A stretch of 64,000 bases of DNA from Myxococcota bacterium (GTDB lineage: Bacteria; Myxococcota_A; UBA9160; SZUA-336), in the NCBI GenBank assembly GCA_965247115.1, contig CBDFGR010000002.1, positions 352,001 to 416,000 on the forward strand, written 5' to 3'. The translations under genes and the position numbers were made by a program. Each line of letters begins with the position of its first letter. Positions within the stretch are counted from its first letter, which is position 1. Shown here piece by piece: positions 8,925 through 19,002 of this stretch. The notes under the pieces are model-generated. The model did no database searches and was not told the origin of the DNA. It was given only the letters and a program-made list of their open reading frames with translations.

Positions 8925-9730
8925 GGGCCTAGTCTCTCCAACTCCCTCGTTGCCTCGAGCACGCGGTCTGAATCGGGGTGCTCCATGACGATCCGCTGGA
9001 AGACCTGACGCGCCGCAGGCGCGTAGGCCGCGGTCTGTTGGCTCCGGGTTCCGATCTCCAGCAGGGCCCGCCCTTGTCGGTAGAGCGCGTCGGGAACTTT
9101 ATTGCCATTCGGATAGCGCTTGACGACGTCTTCGAAGACCAGCACTGCGCGCTCGTGATCCCCGAGCTTGAAGTGGCACTCTCCCATCCAGAAGAGCGCG
9201 TTGTCAGCGTAGTCAGAGGACGCGTGAGTTTGGAGGAAGCTCTCGAACTGGTCAATAGCGCGTCGATAGTCTCCGGCGCGGTAGAGCCGGAAGGCGTCCT
9301 CGTAGTCACGGATCTCGCTGCTGGCACCTCCAGACGCACTCGTGAGGGGCACGCGAGAGGGTGCGTCCGCCGCCCCGGCGCCGGGCGCGGGTAGGTCCGT
9401 CGCCGCTCCGAGGGGGCTGCCCAGCGAGTCTCGGGGACTGACCGCGGCAGCATCGGCGCCGCGTGGGGTGCGCCGAAGCTCCTGCTCCGCCGCGTGCTGC
9501 ACCGCCTCAATCTCGCCGCGCAGCATCGAGAGCTCGGAACGCAGCCCGGCCACCTCCTCTCCCAGGTCGGCGAGCCGCTCGCTCACTCGAGCGGTCTCGC
9601 CGGGAGGGGGCGCCTCGCGCTTGAGCTCGGCGACGTCGCGCTCGAGCGCCTGAAAGCGTGGGAGCATGCACCCCGACAGGACCAGGACAGCTGCCCAGGC
9701 CGCGACGTGGGGAGGACCGCTAGGCCTCAC
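8921..9730 (-). CDS. cpoB: Tol-Pal system TPR lipoprotein CpoB/YbgF
   Basis: Lipobox LSGC, coiled coil, TPRs (YADNALFWMGE, YPNGNKVPDALY); directly downstream of pal. Confidence 0.9.
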   Translation of the reverse strand: MRPSGPPHVAAWAAVLVLSGCMLPRFQALERDVAELKREAPPPGETARVSERLADLGEEVAGLRSELSMLRGEIEAVQHAAEQELRRTPRGADAAAVSPRDSLGSPLGAATDLPAPGAGAADAPSRVPLTSASGGASSEIRDYEDAFRLYRAGDYRRAIDQFESFLQTHASSDYADNALFWMGECHFKLGDHERAVLVFEDVVKRYPNGNKVPDALYRQGRALLEIGTRSQQTAAYAPAARQVFQRIVMEHPDSDRVLEATRELERLGP

Positions 9731-10233
9731 CGTATGACGAAGTCGTCGCGCCGGTTCTTGGCCCAGGCCACCTCGTTGTTGCCGCGCACCGCCGGGCGCT
9801 CTTCCCCGTAGCTCACGGTGCCGATGCGCGAGGAGTTGACCCCCAGATCCCTCAGGTAGCGCCTGGCGGATTCCGCGCGCCGGTTCCCGAGGGCCAGGTT
9901 GTACTCGGTGCTCCCGCGGCTGTCGCAGTTGCCCTGGACTTCGATGCGAACGCCGGGGTTCTGCTTGAGCATCTCGGCACTCGCGCGCAGCGTGGCCTTG
10001 GCGTCCGGGCGCAGGCTCGAGTCGTCAAACTCGAAGTAAATGGTCTCGATGTCGACGGAAACCTGCGAGCGCGTTGGAGTCGGGGACCCCCGCGTAGGCT
10101 CGGTTCCGCCCTCCTCCCCGAAGCCCCGGCTCGGCTCTGGCTCGGGCTCGGGCTCGGGACTGCGCGAGGCGCAGCCGGCGACCGCCACAGTCAGAATCAC
10201 CACTCCCATCACACCTAGAAGTCTCTTCACCAC
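9727..10233 (-). CDS. pal: Peptidoglycan-associated lipoprotein
   Basis: Lipobox VAGC, IYFEFD, GNCDSRGSTEYNLALGNRRA, SYGEERP, NRR. Confidence 0.96.
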   Translation of the reverse strand: MVKRLLGVMGVVILTVAVAGCASRSPEPEPEPEPSRGFGEEGGTEPTRGSPTPTRSQVSVDIETIYFEFDDSSLRPDAKATLRASAEMLKQNPGVRIEVQGNCDSRGSTEYNLALGNRRAESARRYLRDLGVNSSRIGTVSYGEERPAVRGNNEVAWAKNRRDDFVIR

Positions 10234-10325
10234 CCCGAGTCCTCCTCTGCCGTGTGAAATCGCGTAAGCGCTCGATTTCTAGCGGTATCTGGCAGAAGTT
10301 GCAAACCCCTCTTCGAGTTCCGACC

Positions 10326-11627
10326 TCATCTGGGCCAGCTCGACCACGCGGGATTCGTACAACCACCAAAGCCCTCTGTCAGTCGCACTAGGTTACGCCC
10401 GTCCACGTCAATCCGGTAGAGGTCATAGCGGCCGCGGCGAGTGGAGCTAAAGATGAGCTTTCGGCCATCGGGAGCCCAGGCTGGATCCTCGTCACTGCGC
10501 GGGTGCAGCACGAGCGGCGTGGTGTAGCTGCTCTCCGGATCGATCAGATACAGGTCGAAGCTCGTGCCCGTCCTTGCCATGTAGACGATCCACTCGCCAG
10601 TGGGAGACCAGGCCGGGCTCGCGTTGTAGCTACCCTGATACGTCAGGCGTCTGTCCCGTCCGCTCTGCAGATCCTTGACGTAGATCTGCGGGGAGCCCGA
10701 ACGATCGGAGACAAAGGCGAGCTGTTTGCCGTCGGGTGACCAGGAGGGTGAAGTCTCGATCGACCGACCGTTCGTGAGTCGCTCGAGCACGTTTCCTCCC
10801 GAATCCACGCTGTAGATGTCGGTGTTCCCCGCGAGGTTCATCACGACGGCGAGCGCGCCGTCGCTTGGAGCCCAGACACCTCTGTACTTGTCGTACGGCT
10901 GGTCGAGCAACCTCACTCCCTTCCGCGGTCCACGAAAGATCAGCCAGAGATCCGGTCGTCCGCCTTTGAACGACGTATAAACGAGCGATTTTGTGTCCGG
11001 CGACCAGCCGGGAAACAAGTTGATCGCACCGTTTCCCGTGACCCGACGCTTGTTCGCCCCGTCAGCCTCCATCACGAAGACTTCCTTGTTCCCCTCCGTG
11101 TCGGAAACGAAAGCGATCTGCGTTGAGGACACGCCTCGGCGACCGGTAAAGCGCTCCACGATGTCGTCGGCCAGCGCGCGCGCCAGGAGCGAGACCTGCA
11201 CGGCGTCTCCGTCTTTTCTCGCCTGTTTGCCCTGCAAACGACAGCGTATGGTGTCCCATATTTTCAGATGGGCACGCAGCCGGCCGCGCTCGAGCTCGAG
11301 GCGCCCCTGCACCAGGGCGTCGGCACCGATGCTACGCCAGCTGTCACAGTTCAGCGTCGAGCTCGTGAAGTTCTGGGTCTCGCTCGACTCGAGGAAGGCT
11401 TCCTTTGGCACGACCTTGAGCAGACCCGAGTAGTCCAGGGCGCCGACGAGGGCCTGGTGGAACTGGTCGCGATGGACTGCGACGTCCCCCTCCGCCGCAA
11501 AGCGCTGGACCGCTACCTGATAGTCGCGACCTGCCGAGCCGCGAATGTCGATGTGGACCTCCTCCTGCGCCTGCACGGGTAGAGCGCCAACGAGAGCGAC
11601 GAGCGCGAGGCCGAGCGCGCGCATCAC
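10326..11627 (-). CDS. tolB: Tol-Pal beta-propeller protein TolB
   Basis: Signal peptide, TolB N-domain, multiple PD40 repeats (PxWSPDG); position in the tol-pal operon. Confidence 0.95.
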   Translation of the reverse strand: MMRALGLALVALVGALPVQAQEEVHIDIRGSAGRDYQVAVQRFAAEGDVAVHRDQFHQALVGALDYSGLLKVVPKEAFLESSETQNFTSSTLNCDSWRSIGADALVQGRLELERGRLRAHLKIWDTIRCRLQGKQARKDGDAVQVSLLARALADDIVERFTGRRGVSSTQIAFVSDTEGNKEVFVMEADGANKRRVTGNGAINLFPGWSPDTKSLVYTSFKGGRPDLWLIFRGPRKGVRLLDQPYDKYRGVWAPSDGALAVVMNLAGNTDIYSVDSGGNVLERLTNGRSIETSPSWSPDGKQLAFVSDRSGSPQIYVKDLQSGRDRRLTYQGSYNASPAWSPTGEWIVYMARTGTSFDLYLIDPESSYTTPLVLHPRSDEDPAWAPDGRKLIFSSTRRGRYDLYRIDVDGRNLVRLTEGFGGCTNPAWSSWPR

Positions 11628-12289
11628 ACCGACTCCCTTGGATCGAAGGTCAGCGTGAGCGTTAAGGCGCCGCGAGGCGGCACAGGGAAAGGTTGGACCT
11701 TCCAGATGGCGCGCTCTGCGGACTCGTCGAAATGTGCATTGCCGGATGTCTTCACCAGATCGAGGGAGCGCACGCCTCCGCCCGCGTCCACCTCGACCCG
11801 AAAGTGCACGATGAACCGGCCCTGCGTGGAGAACACCCGGGCGCCGGCCCAGTTCGCGTAGAGCAGCGCCTTAATGCGCTTGCGGTACGCAGCCATCTCC
11901 GGGTCAAAGCGACCCGCTCGGGCCTCGGTCGTGGATGCGGGCGTGGGCGTCGTCGGTCCAAGCTTGTCGCGCAGCTGCGCAACGATCTGCTCCGCGCTCA
12001 GTGCCGGCCGCGGCTTTCTGGCAGGGGGCTTCCGGGTCGACCGCGGCCGCTCGGGGATCACGACTTCTTCGACGACCTGACGCGGCTTTTGCCGGGCCGG
12101 CGCCGATGGCGCTGGCTGCGCGACGACCTCGATGAAGATCGGAAGGGGCTCGAGGGGGCGCGCGTCTGAGCGGGGCGACCAGAGCAAGGCCCCTCCCAGA
12201 GCCAGGTGCCCTGCAGCACTCCAGGCCAGCATGCGCCGGAACGCGGTGCTCTCTGCCAGACTTGCGCGGGGGTCGGACGAGTGGCTCAC
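11624..12289 (-). CDS. tolA: TolA/TonB-like energy transducer (short)
   Basis: N-terminal TM helix with S...H, Pro-rich linker, C-terminal SGN..FD.SAERAI....PFP; between tolR and tolB. Confidence 0.8.
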   Translation of the reverse strand: MSHSSDPRASLAESTAFRRMLAWSAAGHLALGGALLWSPRSDARPLEPLPIFIEVVAQPAPSAPARQKPRQVVEEVVIPERPRSTRKPPARKPRPALSAEQIVAQLRDKLGPTTPTPASTTEARAGRFDPEMAAYRKRIKALLYANWAGARVFSTQGRFIVHFRVEVDAGGGVRSLDLVKTSGNAHFDESAERAIWKVQPFPVPPRGALTLTLTFDPRESV

Positions 12290-12708
12290 ACCTCGGGCTC
12301 AGTCACCATGCCGATCCGACTCGCTCCGGCGCGACGTAGGATCGCGAGCGCCTTCGCCACGGTGCCGTAGTCGACCTTCGCGTCGGCGCGCAGGAAGACC
12401 TCCCTGTCCCCGCGGGCCGTGAAGATGCTGTCGAGCTTCGACTCGAGTTCCTTCATCGGCACCTCCGAACGTTGGACGAAGATCTGACCGTCGCGCTTCA
12501 CGCTGACCACGAGTGGCTCGCCGCTGCTCTTCAGGCCCTCCGTCTGCGTCTTCGGCAGCTCGACATCGATGCCCTGCTGGATGAGCGGTGCGGTGATCAT
12601 GAAGATCACGAGCAAGACGAGCATGACGTCGACGAAGGGCGTCACGTTGATCTCCGACATCGCCCGGCGCCGGCGTCTGGGGGCAGCGGGCTCGAAGGGA
12701 GCGCTCAT
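12286..12708 (-). CDS. tolR: TolR/ExbD
   Basis: SEINVTPFVDVMLVLLVIFMITAP, LRAD..VDYG. Confidence 0.93.
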   Translation of the reverse strand: MSAPFEPAAPRRRRRAMSEINVTPFVDVMLVLLVIFMITAPLIQQGIDVELPKTQTEGLKSSGEPLVVSVKRDGQIFVQRSEVPMKELESKLDSIFTARGDREVFLRADAKVDYGTVAKALAILRRAGASRIGMVTEPEV

Positions 12709-13358
12709 GCGGCCCTCGCCGCCCGCTCCCGCAGCACCTCGCCGAACTCACTCCGAAACGCATCCAGTCGATCGCCGAGGCGCCCGACGCGTGCACTCGA
12801 GTAGTTGTAGGCGATCACGGCCGGGATCGCCGCGAACAGCCCGACCGCCGTCGCGACCAGAGCCTCGGCGATGCCGGGCGCAACCACCGCAAGGCTTGCG
12901 GAGCCCGTCGCCCCGATGTCTGCGAAGGAGTTCATGATTCCGATCACGGTTCCGAACAGCCCCACGAAGGGCGCGGCACTGCCGGTGGTCGCGAGAAACG
13001 AGAGGCCCCGCTCGAGCCGGTGGGTCTCGTCCGTTTGCACCCAATCCAGACGGCGGATCACGCCGTCGACCCGGCTCGCGGGCGACCGCTCGTCGCTCCT
13101 GGCAAGCTCTTCGAAGCCCACGCGGAAGACCGCGGCGAGCGGACTCCTCGGCCGCTCCCGGGCCACGTCGTAAGCCGCCTCGAGCCGGCCACCGAGATAG
13201 GCCTCGAGAAAGGTCTCCGTGTCCTGGTCCGCGCGCGCTAGCTCGCGGTACTTCAGCAGGATCACGGCCCAGGACGCGATCGACGCCAGGACGAGGGCGA
13301 TCAGCACGACCCTGACGACCAGACTGGCGCCTACGATCAGCTCGAACATCGGTCTCAC
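12705..13358 (-). CDS. tolQ: TolQ/ExbB proton channel
   Basis: LATTGSAAPFVGLFGTVIGIM, VAPGIAEALVATAVGLFAAIPAV. The start may be the ATG three codons in. Confidence 0.93.
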   Translation of the reverse strand: MRPMFELIVGASLVVRVVLIALVLASIASWAVILLKYRELARADQDTETFLEAYLGGRLEAAYDVARERPRSPLAAVFRVGFEELARSDERSPASRVDGVIRRLDWVQTDETHRLERGLSFLATTGSAAPFVGLFGTVIGIMNSFADIGATGSASLAVVAPGIAEALVATAVGLFAAIPAVIAYNYSSARVGRLGDRLDAFRSEFGEVLRERAARAA

Positions 13359-13508
13359 TCCGGGGAGGAGTCGGCGGGCCTCGTTCCGAAGCCTGACGAA
13401 GCCGCGGAAGGCTACTCGGCGGCCGTTCTGGCGTCAACGGAGGCAGGGAGGCAGAACTCGGCTAAGATCGGACGCTCCCGACCTCTTGTGACGGGAGAAG
13501 GGGGACCC

Positions 13509-14999
13509 ATGGAGCTCTCGGTTCGGCGCACCGACCCAAGGACTGTCGACTGTGACGCGCTGGTCGTTCCGCTGCTCAAGACGGAGCGCGTACCGCCCAG
13601 CCTGCGAACACTCGACGCCGCAACCGACGGCCTGATCGGCAGCTACCTGGGCTCGGGCGACCTGACCGGCAAAGCAGGAGAGGTGCAGAGCCTGCCGACG
13701 CAAGGCGTGGGGTCGGGCCGTGTGATCTTCGTTGGCCTGGGCTCGGATCGAGAGCTCGACGCCGAGGGCCTGCGGCGTGCGGGCGGGCGCGCGATGAGCG
13801 CCCTCGGGCGCGCAAAGGCAAAGCGGGCCGCGCTCCTGGTCCCCTCGCTTCGGCGGATGGGAGCGGACGCGGTCGGGAAGGCGCTGGCCGAAGGACTCGT
13901 CCTGGGGGCGTATCGCTTCGACAAGTACAAGACCATCGACGAGCCGCAGCCAGTGCTCGAGAGCTGCGAGCTGATCCCTGCCGACGAACGCCAGAGCACG
14001 CCGATGCGCCGGGGAGTGCGCATCGGAGAGGTCGTGGCCACGTCGGCAAACCTCGCGCGCGACCTGTCCAACGAGCCAGGGAGTGTGCACACCCCAGCCT
14101 GGATGGCGGAGCAGGCACGCAAGCTGGCAAAGGAAACGGATCTCCGGGTCAGTGTGCTCGCAGAGGCCGAGTTGAAGAAGGAAAAGATGGGGGCGATCCT
14201 CGCGGTGGGCCGTGGCAGCGCGCACCCTCCTCGGCTGATCGTCCTGGAGTACGGGGCAAAGCGAGCGTCGGCGCGACGCCCCACGATCGCCCTCGTCGGC
14301 AAGGGAATCACGTTTGACACGGGCGGGATCTCCATCAAGCCGGCCGCGGCAATGGACCAGATGAAGCACGACATGTCCGGCGGCGCCGCAGTGCTCGGCG
14401 CGATGCGCGCGATCGCCCTCTTGAAGCTGCCCCTGCGCGTCGTCGGAATCGTGGCGGCCGCGCAGAACATGCCCGACGGCGAGGCGTACCTGCCAGGAGA
14501 CATCGTCACGAGCGCTAGCGGGAAGACGATCGAAGTCCTGAACACCGATGCCGAGGGCCGGGTGGTGCTGGCCGACGCCTTACACTACGCCGCGCGCTAC
14601 CAGCCGAACGCCGTGATCGATCTGGCGACCTTGACCGGCGCGTGCGTGGTCGCACTCGGTAGCGCCTGCTGTGGACTGATGGGGAACGACGACAAGCTCG
14701 TCGCCAAGGTAAGAACAGCAGGCGAGCGCAGCCATGAGCGCGCCTGGCCGCTCCCGCTCTGGGAGGAGCACAAAAAGCAGGTCAAGGGCGCGGTCGGCGA
14801 CGTCAAGAACACTGCGGGGCGTGAGGCGGGATCGAGCACCGCGGGTGCCTTCCTGTCGTACTTCGTCGATGACACACCTTGGGTCCACCTCGACATCGCT
14901 GGCACGGCATGGACGAATAAGGACGAGCCCTATTGCGTCAGAGGGGCCACGGGCTTCGGCGTGCGGCTGGTGGTGGAGCTGCTCCAGAGCTGGAAGTGA
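13509..14999 (+). CDS. pepA: Leucyl aminopeptidase (M17)
   Basis: GKGITFDTGG, MKHDMSG, NTDAEGR, DLATLTGA, WVHLDIAG. ATG at 13509 follows a GGGGA RBS. Confidence 0.96.
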   Translation: MELSVRRTDPRTVDCDALVVPLLKTERVPPSLRTLDAATDGLIGSYLGSGDLTGKAGEVQSLPTQGVGSGRVIFVGLGSDRELDAEGLRRAGGRAMSALGRAKAKRAALLVPSLRRMGADAVGKALAEGLVLGAYRFDKYKTIDEPQPVLESCELIPADERQSTPMRRGVRIGEVVATSANLARDLSNEPGSVHTPAWMAEQARKLAKETDLRVSVLAEAELKKEKMGAILAVGRGSAHPPRLIVLEYGAKRASARRPTIALVGKGITFDTGGISIKPAAAMDQMKHDMSGGAAVLGAMRAIALLKLPLRVVGIVAAAQNMPDGEAYLPGDIVTSASGKTIEVLNTDAEGRVVLADALHYAARYQPNAVIDLATLTGACVVALGSACCGLMGNDDKLVAKVRTAGERSHERAWPLPLWEEHKKQVKGAVGDVKNTAGREAGSSTAGAFLSYFVDDTPWVHLDIAGTAWTNKDEPYCVRGATGFGVRLVVELLQSWK

Positions 15000-15100
15000 C
15001 CTGGGCCGGCGATCGAGGGCTTTGACAGCTCGGAGGTCGCCATCTACCATCGCGCCGCGTTTCGGCAGGAGGCTCGAAATTGCATCGAGGAGGAATCGGC

Positions 15101-15454
15101 ATGCGCGTGCTTTTCAGCCTGACTTTCCTTACGGCGATCATTGCGACGCCACCCCTGGCTTACGCTCAGGCCGACTTGGAGAAGGGCAAGGCGCAATACA
15201 ATCTCTACTGCGTCACCTGCCACGGGGAGCTCGGCGATGGTCAGGGTATCGTGGGCAAGACCCTGAACCCGCCACCGCGGGATTTCACCATGGGCGACTT
15301 CAAGTTCGGCGGAAGCGACGAGGAGATATTTCAGGTCATCTCCGACGGCGCAGTCTCCAAGGGAGGATCGCCGCTGATGGCCCCCTGGGGTGCGGTGATC
15401 CCGGAGGCGGATCGCTGGAACATCGTCGCCTACATCCGCAGCTTGAAGAAGTAG
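15101..15454 (+). CDS. Monoheme class I c-type cytochrome
   Basis: GAGGAGG RBS, signal peptide, CVTCH heme motif, PPPRDF, distal Met in SPLMAPW. Confidence 0.92.
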   Translation: MRVLFSLTFLTAIIATPPLAYAQADLEKGKAQYNLYCVTCHGELGDGQGIVGKTLNPPPRDFTMGDFKFGGSDEEIFQVISDGAVSKGGSPLMAPWGAVIPEADRWNIVAYIRSLKK

Positions 15455-15494
15455 TCACTCCGTCACGCGCAACCGGGGGCGCTATCCTCTGGGC

Positions 15495-16463
15495 GTGAAG
15501 CAATCCTCTGACGAGCCGCTGGGCGAAGGACCCGAGGCAGAGGAGCCGGGGACCGAGGTCCTGCCCACTTCTGGATCGACGGGGTCCGAAACGACCGAGC
15601 TGGTCCCGCAGGATGCCCTGGGCCGCTACTTCGCCGAGGTCGGCAAGCACTCGCTCCTGACAGGCGAGGAGGAGCGCGAGCTCGCCACCCTGGTGCACGA
15701 TCACAAGGATCCCGAGGCCGCGGAAAAGCTGGTGCTGTCCAACCTGCGCCTCGTGGTCAAGATCGCGATGGAGTACCGACGGGTCTGGGTGAACCTCCTC
15801 GACCTGATCCAGGAGGGCAACGTCGGGCTGCTCCAGGGCGTGCGGCGCTTCGACCCGTCCCGCGGGGTCAAGCTCTCGTCGTACGCTTCGTACTGGATCC
15901 GCGCCTATATCCTGAAGTACCTGATCGACAACATCCGCATGGTTCGAGTCGGCTCGAGCCGGGCAGAGCGGAAGGTCTTCTTCCGCCTGAACAAGGCGAA
16001 GCGCGAGCTGCAGCGAGCGGGCTTCGAACCGGAGCCGCGGCTCCTGGCCGAGAAGATCGGCGTGAAGGACCACGAGATCGTCGACATGGAGCACCGCCTG
16101 TCGCAGGGAGACCTGTCGCTGGACGCGCCGACGCGCCGGGATGAAGGAGACTCAGCAGCGATGGGTGACTTCATCCCGGCCGAGGGCCCGGCGACGGACG
16201 ACCTCGTTGCCGACGCCGACATGCGTCAGGTGTTTCACGCGCAGGTCGACAGCTTCGAAGAGGGCCTGGACCAGCGCGAGAGCCGGATCCTGCGCGAGCG
16301 CATTCTGGCGGAGGATCCGAAGACTCTTCAGGAGCTCGGCGACGAGTTCGAGCTCACGCGTGAGCGCGTGCGCCAGATCGAGAAGAAGGTCGTCGCTCGG
16401 CTCTCCGACTACCTCCACGACAACCTGCCCGACTTCGAGCTGTGGGCGCCGGATTCCCGCTGA
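15495..16463 (+). CDS. RNA polymerase sigma factor, RpoH (sigma-32)-like
   Basis: NLRLVVKIA, DLIQEGNVGL, FDP.RG.KL.SYA.YWIRA, RpoH-box-like ERKVFFRL, TLQELG...LTRERVRQIE. Confidence 0.88.
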   Translation: MKQSSDEPLGEGPEAEEPGTEVLPTSGSTGSETTELVPQDALGRYFAEVGKHSLLTGEEERELATLVHDHKDPEAAEKLVLSNLRLVVKIAMEYRRVWVNLLDLIQEGNVGLLQGVRRFDPSRGVKLSSYASYWIRAYILKYLIDNIRMVRVGSSRAERKVFFRLNKAKRELQRAGFEPEPRLLAEKIGVKDHEIVDMEHRLSQGDLSLDAPTRRDEGDSAAMGDFIPAEGPATDDLVADADMRQVFHAQVDSFEEGLDQRESRILRERILAEDPKTLQELGDEFELTRERVRQIEKKVVARLSDYLHDNLPDFELWAPDSR

Positions 16464-16472
16464 CGCGAGAGC

Positions 16473-17138
16473 TCAAGGCCCGAATAGCGGGCGGTGGAAG
16501 TAGCGCAGCACGATCGTCACGGCGATCGCCGCAGCCACGACGAATGGAGAGAGCTCGCGCAGGCCCAGCAGCGTCTCTTTCCCCGTGAACGGGAGAAATG
16601 GTGTCGCTGCGTGAAACGCACCGAACCCGGTCGGATCTGCTGCCAGCTTGCGGCGGTCCTGGTGCACCGCACCGATCAGCGAGAACAGCACGAAGCCCCC
16701 GAAGAAGGCGAGATCCGAGCGGGCGCTGTTGGGAAGGCTGTGCGCGAGAGCGAAGATCGAAAGACCCATGAGCAAGGGGTGCCGTGTGATCCGATAAATG
16801 CCCCGCGGCATCGCAGCGCCCGGGACTACACCCGCCGGGCTCGGGTTCGCCAGGCTCGCAGCGACGAACACGAAGGCCATACCCATCAGCACGTACACCG
16901 TCCAGCGCAGCAAGGGACCGCTCCCCAGAACCCAGAGCTGCGGCCCGACGTGCTTGTTGTCGAAGTACGTGGCCACCAACGGAATGAAGATCGCCAGCGC
17001 GACGAGTGAGTAGAGCGCGAGAAACGGGACCGAACCGAGGCTTTCGACCAGTCGCCCTCGCAGCCGGATGCTCGACAACCCGACGTGCGTCGCGGCGAAC
17101 ATGAGCCAGAGCAGACCAATCGTGGGGGCCGGATCCAC
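16473..17138 (-). CDS. NnrU family membrane protein
   Basis: F...H, R..LV..LG, YSLVAL, GIYRITRHP, HQDRRK, T...PF. Confidence 0.82.
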   Translation of the reverse strand: MDPAPTIGLLWLMFAATHVGLSSIRLRGRLVESLGSVPFLALYSLVALAIFIPLVATYFDNKHVGPQLWVLGSGPLLRWTVYVLMGMAFVFVAASLANPSPAGVVPGAAMPRGIYRITRHPLLMGLSIFALAHSLPNSARSDLAFFGGFVLFSLIGAVHQDRRKLAADPTGFGAFHAATPFLPFTGKETLLGLRELSPFVVAAAIAVTIVLRYFHRPLFGP

Positions 17139-17166
17139 GTGCTGAAGATAGCGAGGGGGAGGTCTG

Positions 17167-18432
17167 CTAGCCGGCAGCGGGGGTCAGGGGGTCGCGCGGG
17201 AAGCGGGCGCGGACGGCGTCGAGCAGGCCGGCCTCGAGGGCCTCGAGATCCCAGCCGGTCTCGCGGTGCAGCGCTCGCTCCCACGGCTCGCCCTTTTGGC
17301 AGCGTTGCAGCCAGCGGGCGATGGCTCCGGGGTGTCGGGTCTCGATGAGCTCGACGGCCGCGTGCGACTCCAGGTAGGCGAGCAGAGCGCGCTTCCCGCC
17401 GAGACCGCTGAAGCCGCGCAGGATGGAGGCCAAGGGGATCCAGTCTCCGGAGCGATCGGCGTCGAGCAGCCGGCGCCACTGGCCCCGAGACATCCCCTCG
17501 CGACCTCTCGCACCGGCCTCCAGGCGTTCGGCAATTCCCTCGTTCAGGAAGAAGGGCTGGTAACCGCCGAAGACGTCGCTGAACAGCGCGTGCGCGTACT
17601 CGTGCATGACCAGGGCGTAGAGCTCCTGGCGCGGGTGACGAGCGGAGACCACGTGGATCGCCCCGTCGTAGAACCCGACTGTCGAGAATCCGAAGCGGTG
17701 CTCGTAGGCCTGGAGGTAGTGCGCCCGCGTATAGAGTCGAACCTCGAGCGGCTCGGCGAGCTCGTGCGCGAGGTCGCGAGACAGCTCTGCGCGGGCCCGC
17801 TCCAGCAGGCTTGCCACCATCGCGCCGTATTCGCGGCCCGCGAACTGGTGGTCGTACGTGATGCGGAAGTGGGGCGTGTCCAGGCTCTGCGTCGTCCACA
17901 GCTCGCTCGTGCCGCGCGACAGCACGAGCTCCTCGTCGATCTCCACCAGGAGCCGACTCGCTGTCTCACGCCATTCCTCCGGAAGCTCCGCGGCCATGCC
18001 GAGCACCACCTCGAGAGCCTGGCGCGCAGGCTCGAGGCGGCCTCGCTTCCGTTCGACCAGCGCGAGCAGATAGGCGGCCTCCGGGCGCTGGGGGTGACTG
18101 ACAAAGAGGCGACGCAGGACCCGGAGCCCACGCCCCACCTCTCCCCGCTGCACGTCATCGCGAGCGCCGAACACCGAGCGCAGGTAGCGATCCCCCTCGC
18201 TGCTGGTGCTGGTACTGCCGCGGAGCGGCTCCCCCCGAACCTCGCTCCCCCACTGCAGTCTGAGCTCCGCCGGAGCTACGCGACGCGCCGTCGCCGACGG
18301 GGGAACCCCGTCGTCGGTGAGATACGTGTGGCCTGCCTCGTCGATCCAGACCTCGACCGTACCTGGCAGCAGCAGGGCCGCCACGAGCATGCCCAGCAGG
18401 AGTCCCAGGATGCGGCGTGCAGAAGCGCTCAC
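17167..18432 (-). CDS. Secreted protein: DUF4124-like N-terminus, TPR-like middle, gluzincin (peptidase MA-like) C-terminus
   Basis: Signal peptide, WIDEAG.T.LTD, then HEYAH...NEGIAE zinc motif. Confidence 0.7.
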   Translation of the reverse strand: MSASARRILGLLLGMLVAALLLPGTVEVWIDEAGHTYLTDDGVPPSATARRVAPAELRLQWGSEVRGEPLRGSTSTSSEGDRYLRSVFGARDDVQRGEVGRGLRVLRRLFVSHPQRPEAAYLLALVERKRGRLEPARQALEVVLGMAAELPEEWRETASRLLVEIDEELVLSRGTSELWTTQSLDTPHFRITYDHQFAGREYGAMVASLLERARAELSRDLAHELAEPLEVRLYTRAHYLQAYEHRFGFSTVGFYDGAIHVVSARHPRQELYALVMHEYAHALFSDVFGGYQPFFLNEGIAERLEAGARGREGMSRGQWRRLLDADRSGDWIPLASILRGFSGLGGKRALLAYLESHAAVELIETRHPGAIARWLQRCQKGEPWERALHRETGWDLEALEAGLLDAVRARFPRDPLTPAAG

Positions 18433-18465
18433 GCGCTCTCTCTTCGGCAGCCCACCCCGGGCCGC

Positions 18466-19002
18466 TTAGCGCCGCAGCTGCCCCACGACGTGAGCGATTT
18501 CGGGAAGAATCAGGCGCTCCATGGCGAGCCGCACTGCCGCGGAGGAGCCGGGCATCACGTAGACCACGGTGCCTTCCGCCGTTCCCGCCAGAGCGCGCGA
18601 CAGGACCGCCGCCGCCCCGATTTGCTCGAAGGAGAGCATCCGAAACAGCTCGCCAAAGCCCGTCAGCACCTTCTGGAGCAGTGGCTCGATCGTGTCCGGG
18701 GTGACGTCCCTCGGGGACACCCCCGTGCCGCCCGTGACGATGATGGCATCGACGTCGGGGTTGCCGAGTGAGGCGAGCACGGCCGTGCGGATCGCGTCTC
18801 GATCGTCCTTCAGGATCGTGCGATTCGAAACAGCGTGGCCGGCCGCCTCGAGGCGTTCCTGGATCAGCTGTCCCGACGAGTCGGTGGCTGGGGTCCGGCT
18901 GTCGCTGACCGTGAAGACTGCGGAGCGGACCGACTCGGGCGCGTAGGCCCGATGCTCGGCCGGAGCGTCCGGGTGCCCACGAGCGTGAGACTTGTCGCTC
19001 AC
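18466..19002 (-). CDS. moaB: Molybdenum cofactor biosynthesis protein MoaB/MogA
   Basis: TVSDSR...D.SG, TGGTGVSPRDVT, GFGELFR, MPGS. GTG at 19002 overlaps the upstream stop. Confidence 0.9.
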   Translation of the reverse strand: MSDKSHARGHPDAPAEHRAYAPESVRSAVFTVSDSRTPATDSSGQLIQERLEAAGHAVSNRTILKDDRDAIRTAVLASLGNPDVDAIIVTGGTGVSPRDVTPDTIEPLLQKVLTGFGELFRMLSFEQIGAAAVLSRALAGTAEGTVVYVMPGSSAAVRLAMERLILPEIAHVVGQLRR

